Source of the DNA: Candidatus Latescibacterota bacterium
GTDB taxonomy: Bacteria > Latescibacterota > UBA2968 > UBA8231
Assembly (NCBI GenBank): GCA_964291625.2
Contig: OZ220090.1
Location: 544,001 to 608,000, forward strand
Length of the DNA: 64,000 nt
Direction of reading: 5' to 3'
Of this stretch, positions 38,734 to 48,260 are shown piece after piece. The position numbers were made by a program, and so were the translations under genes. Numbering within the stretch: position 1 is the stretch's first letter; each line of letters begins with the position of its first letter. The notes under the pieces were generated by a model. The model was not told the origin of the DNA. It saw only the letters and a list, made by a program, of their open reading frames with translations, and did no database searches.

Positions 38734-39620
38734 CCGTGGACGGGATCGGGGGCGTCCTCGTCGTCGACAAGCCGACCGGACCGACGTCGCACGATGTCGT
38801 AGCCAGGACTCGTCGGGTCCTCGGGATCCGACGAGTCGGACACTGCGGCACCCTCGATCCCCTGGCTACGGGTGTTCTCGTCCTCTGCGTGGGCCCCATG
38901 ACCCGGTTCAGCCGCTGGCTGACCGGCGGCGACAAGGAGTACGAGGCCTGCTTCCGCCTCGGGGCGACGAGCGATACCGACGACGCCCTCGGAAAGATCA
39001 CCGAGACGCCGGCCCCGGCGCCCATGCCCCGGAGCGAGATCGAAACCGCTCTCAAGGGCTTCCTCGGAGTCATCGATCAGGTTCCGCCCGAGCACTCGGC
39101 GGTGCGCGTCCGCGGCGTCCGCAGCTACCACAGGGCCCGGCGCAAGGAGGCGACGGGCCTGGTGCCGCGGCCGGTCCGCGTCGACCGGTTCGAGATCGTC
39201 GGCTACGAGCCGCCCCGGCTGCGTGTGCGCGTACAGTGCGGCCAGGGCACCTATATCCGCTCCCTGGCGCGAGACCTGGGCCAGGCCCTGGGTTGCGGCG
39301 GACTCGTGGAGCAATTGCGGCGCCTGCGCGTTGGGGCGCTGACGATTCGCGATGCCGTCGAATGGGGGGCCCTGGAGCGGCAGACCGCGGCGGACATGTT
39401 TCTGAGCGCACGCCGGGCCTTGTGCGGAGTCCTCGGCTTCGTCGAGGTCGACGGGAGAGGGGCCGAGGCCTTCTTCCATGGGCAGCCGGTACCGGTAGAG
39501 GCGTGCCCCGGAGAGAGGGCGGTCTTTCGCGAGGCCGGTTTTCTCGGCGTGGGACGAGTCGATGAGGAGGGCCGACTGCACCCCCTCAGGGTGGTCGCGG
39601 AATGGCCCACTCTGCCATGA
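38730..39620 (+). CDS. truB: tRNA pseudouridine(55) synthase
   Basis: DKPTG.TSHD, GHCGTLDPLATG, GTYIRSLARD. Confidence 0.96.
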   Translation: MTVDGIGGVLVVDKPTGPTSHDVVARTRRVLGIRRVGHCGTLDPLATGVLVLCVGPMTRFSRWLTGGDKEYEACFRLGATSDTDDALGKITETPAPAPMPRSEIETALKGFLGVIDQVPPEHSAVRVRGVRSYHRARRKEATGLVPRPVRVDRFEIVGYEPPRLRVRVQCGQGTYIRSLARDLGQALGCGGLVEQLRRLRVGALTIRDAVEWGALERQTAADMFLSARRALCGVLGFVEVDGRGAEAFFHGQPVPVEACPGERAVFREAGFLGVGRVDEEGRLHPLRVVAEWPTLP

Positions 39621-40027
39621 GCCGGCCGCTCAGGCCGCCGCGACAGGTCGCCGGCGGAAAGGGCCCCTCGGTCATCACCCTGGAGGGCATCGTCGTCCGG
39701 GGCGAGGGCCGGGGCCGGCGGCTCGGGTTTCCCACCGCCAACCTGCGGGTAGCTGCCGATACGGAGCCGCCGCGGGGCGTCTTCGCCGCCCGGGTCCATC
39801 GGGCCGGAGCCGAGCTCGCAGCCGTAGCCAACATCGGCACGCGCCCGACCTTCGATGGACAGGAGGTCTCGGTGGAAGTGCATCTCCTGGACTTCGAGGG
39901 AGACCTGTACGATGAGCGGCTGCGCGTCACTCTCGACCGCCGTCTTCGGGGCGAAAGGCGCTTCGACACGGTCGAGGAACTGCGGCGCCAGATCGCCGGA
40001 GATATCCAGCAGGCCCGTTCCCGATGA
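39617..40027 (+). CDS. ribF: Stand-alone riboflavin kinase domain (RibF C-terminal half only)
   Basis: GRGRRLGFPTANL, NIGTRPTF, EVHLLDF, LRGERRF; no adenylyltransferase domain. Confidence 0.85.
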   Translation: MSRPLRPPRQVAGGKGPSVITLEGIVVRGEGRGRRLGFPTANLRVAADTEPPRGVFAARVHRAGAELAAVANIGTRPTFDGQEVSVEVHLLDFEGDLYDERLRVTLDRRLRGERRFDTVEELRRQIAGDIQQARSR

Positions 40028-40062
40028 GGGAGGGCTCACCAACAACATCGGAGGCTAGGACG

Positions 40063-40332
40063 TTGTCGATCACCGCTGAACGCAGGAAAGAGCTTGTTGT
40101 GAGATTCGGAGAGAAAGAGGCCGACACAGGGTCGGCGGCGGTGCAGATCGCCATTCTCTCCGAGCGCATTCGCAATCTCACCGAGCACCTTCGGGTGCAC
40201 GGGCGCGACTTCGCGACCCGGCGCGGCTTGCTGAAGCTCATCGGACGGCGGCGCCGTCTGCAGCAGTACCTGCAGGGGAAGTCGCCCGAGGCTTACGCGG
40301 CCCTGATCAAGAACCTCGATCTGCGGCGCTGA
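40063..40332 (+). CDS. rpsO: 30S ribosomal protein S15
   Basis: DTGSAAVQIAIL, RRGLLKLIGRRRRL, LDLRR; TTG start after GGAGG. Confidence 0.96.
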   Translation: MSITAERRKELVVRFGEKEADTGSAAVQIAILSERIRNLTEHLRVHGRDFATRRGLLKLIGRRRRLQQYLQGKSPEAYAALIKNLDLRR

Positions 40333-40366
40333 GGTCCCTGGCGCCCAAGCCGGTCCGGAGACGAAC

Positions 40367-40402
40367 GATCCGTCACCCTCCTTCTGCCAGGGATGACGGG
40401 TC
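40367..40402 (+). promoter_or_regulatory. rpsO-pnp intergenic hairpin (possible processing/RNase III or terminator stem)
   Basis: gatccgtcaccct...agggatgacgggtc inverted repeat. Confidence 0.5.
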
Positions 40403-40439
40403 CCACCCAAGAACGCCACACAGGAAAGCACCGAGAGAG

Positions 40440-42515
40440 ATGACACACAAAGTCGAGATGGACTGGGGCGGGCGCACGCTCTCCCTGGAAAGCGGCAAAG
40501 TCGCGGCGAGAGCCAACGGAGCCGTGTGGGTCCGGTACGCAGACACCATCGTGCTGGTCACCGCCTGCAGGTCCCATCGCGCCGAGGACAGGGGCTTCCT
40601 GCCTCTGACGGTGGAGTACCGCGAGAAGGCGTACGCCGCCGGCCACATTCCGGGGAACTTCTTCAAGCGGGAAGGCCGCATGGGGGAGAAGGAAACCCTC
40701 AGCGCGCGGATGATCGATCACATGATCCGCCCCCTGTTCCCCAAGAAGTTCCCCCACGAGATCCAGGTCTTCGTCTCGGTTCTCTCCGCCGACGGCGAGA
40801 ACGACGCTGACATCATCGGCATGGTCGGGGCCTCGGCGGCCCTTTGCCTCTCCGACCTCCCCTTCGAGGGTCCCATCGCCGCTCTCCGAGTCGGGCGCGT
40901 CGACGGCGATCTCATCGTCAACCCGACCCTCTCGCAGCTGGAAGCGAGCGACATGGACCTCATCGTCTCGGGTGACCGGGACAGCATCGGGTCCGTCGAA
41001 GGTGGCGCCGAGGAAATCTCGGAGGCCGCCCTCCTGGAGGCCCTCGAGTTCGCTCACGAGCATCTCCAGGAGGTCCTCGATCTCCAGGATGACCTCGCCG
41101 AGAAGGCTGGACGCCAGAAGATGGAGTACTCGCCGCCGGTCATCGACACCGAGTTGGTGAAGGCGGTGGAGGAAGCCGCCGCGAAGCGGATCTCCGAGGC
41201 GAATCGCTGCGGAGACCGCGACAGGCGCGGCGCCCTGATCGAGCAGATGGAAGCGGAGGTCGCCGCCGAGCTGGAGGAGCGTTTCCCCGACGCGGGCAAG
41301 GCCATCGGCGAACTGCTCTACGACATGACCAAGGCGGACATGCGGAGGATGGTGCTGAGCGAGGAGCGCCGTATCGACGGCCGCCAGCTCGACGAGGTCC
41401 GGGAGGTGACCTGCGAGGTCGGAGTCCTGCCCCGGGCGCACGGCTCGGCCCTGTTCACCCGCGGGCAGACCCAGGCCCTGTGCACCTCGACCTTGGGGAA
41501 CAAGTTCGACGAGAGGATGATCGAGGACCTGCGCGGCAAGGCATTCAAGTCCTATTACCTCGACTACAACTTTCCCTCCTACAGCACCGACGAGGTCTCC
41601 TTTCCCCGGGGTCCCGGGCGGCGGGAAATCGGGCACGGCCACCTGGCCGAACGGGCCCTGGAGCCCGTGGTCCCGGTGGTGGAGTCTTTCCCGTACACCG
41701 TCCGGCTGGTCTCCGACATCCAGTCATCGAATGGGTCCACGTCGATGGCCACCGTGTGCGGCAGCTCCCTGGCCCTCATGGACGCGGGCATCCCCATCAA
41801 GTCCGCCGTCACCGCATCCGGCGTCGGTCTCATCAGCGAGGGGGAGGAGTACGCCATCCTCACCGACATCCTCGGTGACGAGGACTTTCTCGGCGACATG
41901 GACTTGAAGGTGGCGGGCACCGAGGAGGGGATCACGGCGGTGCAGATGGAGAACAAGATCGCCGGCATCCGCCTCGAGATTCTGGAGGAAGCCCTCGAGC
42001 GGGCCCGCGCGGGGCGCATGCACATCCTCGATGTCATGAACGCCTGCATCGACACCCATCGGGCCGAGCTGTCCCGGCACGCGCCGCGTATCGAGTTCCT
42101 CAAGATCGACCAGGAGAAGATCGGCGCCGTCATCGGCCCGGGAGGCCGGACGATCCGCGAGATCGAGAAGAGCGGCGCCAGCGTCAGTGTCGAGGACGAC
42201 GGCACGATCACGATCTCCGCCGTGGAGGCGGAGGCCGCCGACCAGGCGCGGGCGATGATCGAGGCGGTCACGGCGGAGGCCGAAATCGGCGCCGAGTACG
42301 AGGGCACGGTGAAGCGGATCATGCCCTTCGGCGCCTTCGTCGAGATCCTTCCCGGCAAGGAGGGGTTGCTCCACATCTCCGAGCTCGACCACCGCCGCGT
42401 CGACACGGTGGAGGATGTCGTCGCCGAGGGAGACCAGGTGGCGGTGAAGGTTCTCGACATCGACAATGCCGGCAAGATCCGGCTCAGCCGCAAGGCGATG
42501 CTGCCGAGGAGCTGA
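40440..42515 (+). CDS. pnp: Polyribonucleotide nucleotidyltransferase
   Basis: [46 protein letters not shown] and S1 domains. Confidence 0.98.
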   Translation: MTHKVEMDWGGRTLSLESGKVAARANGAVWVRYADTIVLVTACRSHRAEDRGFLPLTVEYREKAYAAGHIPGNFFKREGRMGEKETLSARMIDHMIRPLFPKKFPHEIQVFVSVLSADGENDADIIGMVGASAALCLSDLPFEGPIAALRVGRVDGDLIVNPTLSQLEASDMDLIVSGDRDSIGSVEGGAEEISEAALLEALEFAHEHLQEVLDLQDDLAEKAGRQKMEYSPPVIDTELVKAVEEAAAKRISEANRCGDRDRRGALIEQMEAEVAAELEERFPDAGKAIGELLYDMTKADMRRMVLSEERRIDGRQLDEVREVTCEVGVLPRAHGSALFTRGQTQALCTSTLGNKFDERMIEDLRGKAFKSYYLDYNFPSYSTDEVSFPRGPGRREIGHGHLAERALEPVVPVVESFPYTVRLVSDIQSSNGSTSMATVCGSSLALMDAGIPIKSAVTASGVGLISEGEEYAILTDILGDEDFLGDMDLKVAGTEEGITAVQMENKIAGIRLEILEEALERARAGRMHILDVMNACIDTHRAELSRHAPRIEFLKIDQEKIGAVIGPGGRTIREIEKSGASVSVEDDGTITISAVEAEAADQARAMIEAVTAEAEIGAEYEGTVKRIMPFGAFVEILPGKEGLLHISELDHRRVDTVEDVVAEGDQVAVKVLDIDNAGKIRLSRKAMLPRS

Positions 42516-42546
42516 CACCGGAGAGCCGGCGCGGCAGCGCGCAAAG

Positions 42547-42596
42547 AAGACTACCGAAGCTCCCGGACGGCCCTGGGCATCGGTAGTCTTTCTGTT
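42547..42596 (+). terminator. Intrinsic terminator after pnp
   Basis: aagactaccga...tcggtagtctt 11-bp stem followed by tctgtt. Confidence 0.65.
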
Positions 42597-42612
42597 GACG
42601 GAGTGGACGATC

Positions 42613-43941
42613 GTGAGTGACGACGGCCCGGCGCCGGATGATGTGATCCCCTCCCGGATCTCCGACATTGCGGAGAGGGAGGGGAAGCGCGTTCAGCTGT
42701 GCGGCTGGGTCTACAACAGCCGGTCCAGCGGCAAGCTCCACTTCCTGGAGGTGCGCGACGGCTCCGGCATCATCCAGTGTGTCGTCTTCCAGGGAGAGGT
42801 GACGCCGGAGGTCTTCGAAGGTTGCCATCAACTGCCCCAGGAGACGGCGGTGGTCGTACGGGGCCGGGTGCGCGCCGACCCGCGCTCGCCCCTCGGTTAC
42901 GAGGTGGGGGTGGAGGACCTGGAGGTGGTCCACCGGTCCGCAGAGTACCCCATCTCCCCCAAGGAGCACGGCGTCGCTTTTCTGATGAAGCACCGCCACC
43001 TGTGGCTGCGCTCTGTTCGTCCCAACGCCGTGCTGCGGGTGCGCGCCGTGGTCATCGACGCCTGCCGGGAGTACATGGGGCGCGAGGGCTTCCTCCTCAT
43101 CGACGCCCCGGTCCTGACCCCCGCCGCCTGCGAGGGAACGACCACCCTCTTCGAGACAGACTACTTCGGGGAGACGGCCTACCTCACCCAGAGCGGCCAG
43201 CTCTACATGGAGGCGGCGGCCATGGCCTTCGGCAAGGTCTACTGCTTCGGCCCAACCTTCCGCGCCGAGAAGTCGAAGACGCGGCGCCACCTCACCGAGT
43301 TCTGGATGATCGAGCCCGAGATGGCTTACTGCGATCTGGCGGGCAACATGGAGGTCGCCGAGGGCTTGGTGACGCACGTGGTGCGAAGGGTCCTCTCCGA
43401 ATGCCGCTGCGACCTGGAGGCGTTGGAGCGCGATCCGGCGCCCCTGGAACGGGCCGCCGAGGGACAGCCTTTCCCGCGGATCTCCTACGGGCAGGCGATC
43501 GAGATCCTGCGCGAAGAAGGGAGCGATCTGCCCTGGGGAAGCGATCTTGGCGGCGACGACGAAACCCTCCTGTCCAGGCGTTTCGACCGGCCCGTCCTCG
43601 TCCATCGCTATCCGGCGCAGGTCAAGGCCTTCTACATGAAGTCCGATCCCGAGGACCGGCGCCTGGCCCTGTGCGTGGACATGATCGCTCCCGAGGGATA
43701 CGGCGAGATCATCGGCGGCGGCCAACGGGAGGACGACCTGCAGGTCCTGGAAGCCCGCATCGCCGAACACGGGCTCCCAGCCGAGGCCTTCGCCTGGTAC
43801 CTCGACCTGCGGCGCTACGGCTCCGTGCCGCACGCCGGCTTCGGCATGGGGATCGAGCGCGTCGTGGCCTGGCTGTGCGGCACCCGGCACGTGCGCGAGA
43901 CGATTCCCTTCCCCAGAACCCTGCAGAGGCTCTACCCCTGA
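42613..43941 (+). CDS. asnS: Asparagine--tRNA ligase
   Basis: OB domain, [42 protein letters not shown]. Confidence 0.95.
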   Translation: MSDDGPAPDDVIPSRISDIAEREGKRVQLCGWVYNSRSSGKLHFLEVRDGSGIIQCVVFQGEVTPEVFEGCHQLPQETAVVVRGRVRADPRSPLGYEVGVEDLEVVHRSAEYPISPKEHGVAFLMKHRHLWLRSVRPNAVLRVRAVVIDACREYMGREGFLLIDAPVLTPAACEGTTTLFETDYFGETAYLTQSGQLYMEAAAMAFGKVYCFGPTFRAEKSKTRRHLTEFWMIEPEMAYCDLAGNMEVAEGLVTHVVRRVLSECRCDLEALERDPAPLERAAEGQPFPRISYGQAIEILREEGSDLPWGSDLGGDDETLLSRRFDRPVLVHRYPAQVKAFYMKSDPEDRRLALCVDMIAPEGYGEIIGGGQREDDLQVLEARIAEHGLPAEAFAWYLDLRRYGSVPHAGFGMGIERVVAWLCGTRHVRETIPFPRTLQRLYP

Positions 43942-43944
43942 TCG

Positions 43945-46878
43945 ATGGCAAAGACGGCTGACCACTCCGGCTCGGCGGGATCGTACGACTTCCGGCGCAT
44001 CGAGAAGCGCTGGCGGGAGCACTGGATCGCCGAGGGCACCTACCGCACCGCCGGCCCGGGAGAGGAGGGCTACGACCCGGAGCAGCCGCGGTGCTACATC
44101 CTCGACATGTTCCCCTATCCCAGCGGCGACGGCCTGCACATCGGCCACCCGAAGGGATACATCGCCTCCGACATCTACAGCCGCTTCAAGCGCATGGCGG
44201 GATACAACGTCCTCCATCCCATGGGGTTCGACAGTTTCGGACTCCCCGCCGAGCAGTATGCCATCGAGCACAATGTCCATCCCGCAGTCTCCACCGATCA
44301 GTGCGTCGACCGCATCCGCGCCCAGCTCCAGTACCTGGGCCTCGGCTACGACTGGGACCGGGAGATCTCCACCTCCCACGAGGACTACTACCGCTGGACC
44401 CAGTGGATCTTCCTACAGCTCTTCGACAGCTGGTACGACCCGGACCTGGAGTGGCGCGACGACTCGGGGCGGTCGATCCGCGGGCGGACCCGTCCCATCT
44501 CCGAGCTCGTGGACTCCTTCGGGAGGGGAGAGCGGCGGCTCACGGGCCAGGACCGGCGGTCCCTGGAAGGAAGTCCGGTGGAGGCCGGGTGGCAGGAGCT
44601 GTCGGAGGCGCAGCGCCAGGCGGTGCTGAACAACTACCGCATGGCGTACCAGAAGGAAGTCACCGTCAACTGGTGCCCCGGCCTCGGCACGGTCCTGGCC
44701 AACGAGGAGGTCACCCCCGAGGGACGCAGCGAGATCGGCGACCACGCGGTGTACAAGCGGCCCCTGAAGCAGTGGATGCTGCGCATCACCGCCTTTGCCG
44801 ACCGGCTCCTGGAAGACCTCGAGGCAGGGGCCCTGCCCGACGGCCGCGGCGGCACCTATGCCCTGGACTGGCCGGACTCGATCAAGCTCATGCAGCGCAA
44901 CTGGATCGGCCGCAGCGAGGGCGCCGAGGTCCGCTTCGACGTGGTCGACGCCTCAGGTTGCACCGGCTCCAGCCTGGAGGTGTTCACCACCCGGCCCGAC
45001 ACGCTCTTCGGAGCCACCTTCATGGTCGTGGCGCCCCAGCACCCCCTGTTGTCGGAGGGAGACCAGGTTCCGGAGGCCTGGCCATCGGATACACCCGACG
45101 ACTGGAAGGGGGAGCCGGGAGCCTCCTCGCCCAGGGAGGCCGTGTCCCACTACGCGGCCCGGGCGGCTCGCTCCACCTTCTCGGTGGCCGGGCAGGATCA
45201 GGAGAAGAGCGGGGTCTTCACGGGGATCTTCGCACGCCGTCCGATGGACGGCCAGCGCATCCCGGTCTTCACCGCCGACTATGTGAGCATGGACTACGGC
45301 ACCGGAGCGATCATGGCCGTCCCCGCCCACGACGACCGGGACCATGCCTTCGCCCACAAGTACGGAATCCCGGTCGTCGAGGTCGTCGAGCCGCCCCCGG
45401 AGGCAGCCGGCACGTTCCCCTACACGGGGGATGGAAGGTCGATCAACTCTCCCGGCGGGGGGGGGGCCGGGAATCCGCCGAGGGACAGCCCGTATGCGAT
45501 CTCGGGTCTGGCCACGGCCGAGGCGAAATCGCGCATGGTCGACGCCCTGGAAGCGGCGGGCGTGGGCCGAAGGGCGGTCACCTGCCGCCTGCGTGACTGG
45601 GTGTTCTCGCGCCAGCGCTATTGGGGAGAGCCGTTCCCCCTGGCCACCCATCCAGACGGCTACACGGTGACTACCGGCCTGCCCGTGGTCCTCCCCGAAC
45701 GAGAGGACTTCCGGCCCAGTACCTCGGACGATCCCGACACCCCGGTCACTCCGCCCCTCGGGCGGGCGGGCAGAGAGTGGACCCAGGTGGAGGTGGGGGG
45801 CGCCCTCTGCGACCGCGAGCTCAACGTCATGCCCCAGTGGGCGGGATCGTGCTGGTACTTCCTGCGCTTCATCGATCCCCACAACGACGGAGCCTTCTGC
45901 GATCCGGAGAAGGAAAGGAGCTTCATGCCCGTCGATCTCTACATCGGCGGCGCCGAGCACGCGGTGCTCCACCTGCTCTACGCCAGGTTCTGGCACAAGG
46001 CGCTCTTCGACCTGGGGCACGTGAGCTCGCCGGAGCCCTTCAAGAAGCAGTTCAGCCAGGGCATGGTCACCGCCGACGCCTTCACCGACGACCGGGGAGT
46101 GTACATCGACATCCGCCAGGTCGCTTTCGACGCCGAGGGCGAGCCCATTCACGCGCAGACCGGGCAGCGGCTGTCGAGACAACGGGGGAAGATGGGGAAG
46201 CGCTACAAGAACGGGCTGCCCCCGGAGGAGGTAGGGGAGGAGTTCGGCGTCGATACGCTGCGGCTGTACGAGATGTACATGGGGCCCCTGGAGCAGAGCG
46301 CCCCGTGGAGCATGGAGGGGATCCGCGGCATGCAGCGGGTCCTGCAGCGGATCTGGAGAAACCTCGTCGCCCAGGACGGGACCGCAAAGATCGACGATGG
46401 CGACGCCCCGGAGGATCTGCGAAGGCTGCTCCACCGGACCATTCAACGGATCACCGCCGACTTCGAGGGATTGCGTTTCAACACCGCCATCGCCGCCCTC
46501 ATCGAGCTGAACAACGAGTTGGTCCCTCTCCAGAGAGTCCCCGCCGAGGTGGCTCGGGCGCTGGTCCTCCTCCTGCACCCACTGGCCCCTCATCTGGCGG
46601 AAGAGTTGTGGCAGCGTTGTGGCTTCGGATCCGGGGATCTCTCCGGCCAACCCTGGCCCGAATTCGACGAAGCCCTGACCCACCGGGAGACGATCCTCCT
46701 TCCGGTGCAGGTCAACGGCAAGGTCCGCGCCACGATCGAGGTGGCTGCTTCGACCTCCGAGGAGGAGGTGAGGAAGCACATCCTCGGCCTGGACAACATC
46801 CAGCGATACCTGCCCGACTCCGGTGAGATCAAGCGCCTGATTCTCGTTCCGGGCAGGATCGTGAACATTGTCGTCTGA
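43945..46878 (+). CDS. leuS: Leucine--tRNA ligase
   Basis: MFPYPSG.GLHIGH, FTTRPDT, GTGAIMAVPAHD, KMGKR, VQVNGKVR. Confidence 0.97.
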   Translation: MAKTADHSGSAGSYDFRRIEKRWREHWIAEGTYRTAGPGEEGYDPEQPRCYILDMFPYPSGDGLHIGHPKGYIASDIYSRFKRMAGYNVLHPMGFDSFGLPAEQYAIEHNVHPAVSTDQCVDRIRAQLQYLGLGYDWDREISTSHEDYYRWTQWIFLQLFDSWYDPDLEWRDDSGRSIRGRTRPISELVDSFGRGERRLTGQDRRSLEGSPVEAGWQELSEAQRQAVLNNYRMAYQKEVTVNWCPGLGTVLANEEVTPEGRSEIGDHAVYKRPLKQWMLRITAFADRLLEDLEAGALPDGRGGTYALDWPDSIKLMQRNWIGRSEGAEVRFDVVDASGCTGSSLEVFTTRPDTLFGATFMVVAPQHPLLSEGDQVPEAWPSDTPDDWKGEPGASSPREAVSHYAARAARSTFSVAGQDQEKSGVFTGIFARRPMDGQRIPVFTADYVSMDYGTGAIMAVPAHDDRDHAFAHKYGIPVVEVVEPPPEAAGTFPYTGDGRSINSPGGGGAGNPPRDSPYAISGLATAEAKSRMVDALEAAGVGRRAVTCRLRDWVFSRQRYWGEPFPLATHPDGYTVTTGLPVVLPEREDFRPSTSDDPDTPVTPPLGRAGREWTQVEVGGALCDRELNVMPQWAGSCWYFLRFIDPHNDGAFCDPEKERSFMPVDLYIGGAEHAVLHLLYARFWHKALFDLGHVSSPEPFKKQFSQGMVTADAFTDDRGVYIDIRQVAFDAEGEPIHAQTGQRLSRQRGKMGKRYKNGLPPEEVGEEFGVDTLRLYEMYMGPLEQSAPWSMEGIRGMQRVLQRIWRNLVAQDGTAKIDDGDAPEDLRRLLHRTIQRITADFEGLRFNTAIAALIELNNELVPLQRVPAEVARALVLLLHPLAPHLAEELWQRCGFGSGDLSGQPWPEFDEALTHRETILLPVQVNGKVRATIEVAASTSEEEVRKHILGLDNIQRYLPDSGEIKRLILVPGRIVNIVV

Positions 46879-46982
46879 GGACGTTCAGAAAGGCGCAGAT
46901 CTGGGTCGGGGATCGAAGGGCGCTTCCGGGTGCCCCATTGTTCACCCCCAAGGGACGCCAACCGCCTGTTCTCTTCAGGGCA

Positions 46983-47010
46983 TAGTTACGTAACGTGTAT
47001 TATACGACAT
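46983..47010 (+). other. dif/lox-like recombination site 1 (11-6-11)
   Basis: TAGTTACGTAA-CGTGTA-TTATACGACAT, an AT-rich island immediately 3' of the recombinase gene. Confidence 0.6.
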
Positions 47011-47042
47011 CACAGCAGTCGCCCCACACGAGCAGGGGGACA

Positions 47043-47996
47043 TCACCGGATGTGGATGTAGTCCGAAGCATTGTCAGTCAGCCGTTCCCGATTCTCGTAG
47101 TACCGCATGGTGGTCTTGAGGTCTTTGTGGCGCAGGTGGGCCTGGACCTGCTGGGGCTTGGCGCCGCCCTCGATCGACAGCGTGCAGCAGGTGTGGCGGA
47201 ACATGTGAGCGGTTACGTTTCGAGTCACGCCGGCCCGGCGGGCATGCTTGCGCACGATGGCGTTGATCGATTGATCCGAGATCCCCTTTCCGCGGGACCG
47301 GTTGCGGGCCAGGGAGATGAAGGCATGTCCCACCACCGGAAAGCCCCCCAGTTCGAGGGCCTGGCGGTAGAGCTCCAGATAGTGCAGGACAATGGGCTGC
47401 AGCTTCACGTCCTGGGGAACCCCGGACTTCGTCTCCGTCAGGCGGAGGAGGTGAAAGGCGCCCTCCTCGCTCAAGTCCGTCCATCTCACGTTGGCCACCT
47501 CGGACCGCCGAAGGCCGGCAAAGGTCAGGAGGTGTAGAATCGCCAGATCCCGGGCGCGAATCAGCGGGTTCTCCTCTTCATCGACAATATCAATAATTCT
47601 CTGTAATTCATTTCGAGTCAGTGCCTTACCGCTCACCGTCTCATCCAGTCGATAGCCGCGCACGAGGGAGGCGTCCGCTGGGTTTCTTTCGATGAGGCCC
47701 GTCGCCGCCATCATGCGGAAGAACGCCTTCAGGCTGGCCAGCTTGCGGTTGATCGTCGACCGCTTGCGGCCGCGGGCGGCCAGCGCGTTCCGGAAGTCGA
47801 TGATGTCGGCGAAGGTCACTGCGGCCACTCTCTTGGGAGTGATGCCGCCGCTGCCGAAAAACTCCCGGAGGTCCGCGCAATAGGCCCGGCGGGTGCGCTC
47901 CGTCAGCTGGCCCGACAGGAAGCGCTCCAGTGGGTCCCCGGAGATGGCCCGGGCAGGATATCCCGAAGGCGGGGCGGGCGTGATTTCGGTGCTCAT
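47043..47996 (-). CDS. Tyrosine recombinase/integrase (Xer-like)
   Basis: N-terminal TRRAY..DL SAM-like domain; full catalytic set GLRRSE, TKS, HMFRH, LRH, TTMRYY; start placed at ATG 47996. Confidence 0.93.
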   Translation of the reverse strand: MSTEITPAPPSGYPARAISGDPLERFLSGQLTERTRRAYCADLREFFGSGGITPKRVAAVTFADIIDFRNALAARGRKRSTINRKLASLKAFFRMMAATGLIERNPADASLVRGYRLDETVSGKALTRNELQRIIDIVDEEENPLIRARDLAILHLLTFAGLRRSEVANVRWTDLSEEGAFHLLRLTETKSGVPQDVKLQPIVLHYLELYRQALELGGFPVVGHAFISLARNRSRGKGISDQSINAIVRKHARRAGVTRNVTAHMFRHTCCTLSIEGGAKPQQVQAHLRHKDLKTTMRYYENRERLTDNASDYIHIR

Positions 47997-48087
47997 GGGC
48001 CCAATATACCCAGCTGGCCCGGATCTGTCATTGCTGCGTTTGCCACGGGCACAGGCGTCCTTCCCGGGCCAGCTCAGCCTGCACGTA

Positions 48088-48115
48088 ATCATTGATAATG
48101 ACGGTTATCGTTGGT
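48088..48115. other. dif-like symmetric site 2 upstream of the recombinase
   Basis: ATCATTGATAA-TGACGG-TTATCGTTGGT; the arms are inverted repeats at 8/11 positions. Confidence 0.55.
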
Positions 48116-48198
48116 TTGGATTCCAGGCCAGTTCTCCGAGCCCGGTTCGCCCGGGCCCTGCAACCCCCCACTCCTCACTTGGCTCGCCTCAAGAGTCT

Positions 48199-48226
48199 GT
48201 GATACATAATGCAGATTATACGTCCT
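48199..48226 (+). other. dif/lox-like recombination site 3 (direct repeat of the site 1 arms)
   Basis: GTGATACATAA-TGCAGA-TTATACGTCCT; left arm 7/11 and right arm 9/11 identical to site 1. Confidence 0.6.
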
Positions 48227-48260
48227 GTACACCTCCGGGGCAGAACGCCCTCTTGGAGTT

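Noticed and set aside
46983-47010. Calling the site a true loxP or a canonical E. coli-type dif
   Set aside because: Only the core TAA-N6-TTAT and TATACGA match; the outer arms differ from both, so it is reported as dif/lox-like only.
46879-48260. Integron or prophage interpretation of the recombinase
   Set aside because: No IntI-specific insertion was recognised, and there are no attC cassettes, phage genes or cargo genes; housekeeping genes flank both sides.
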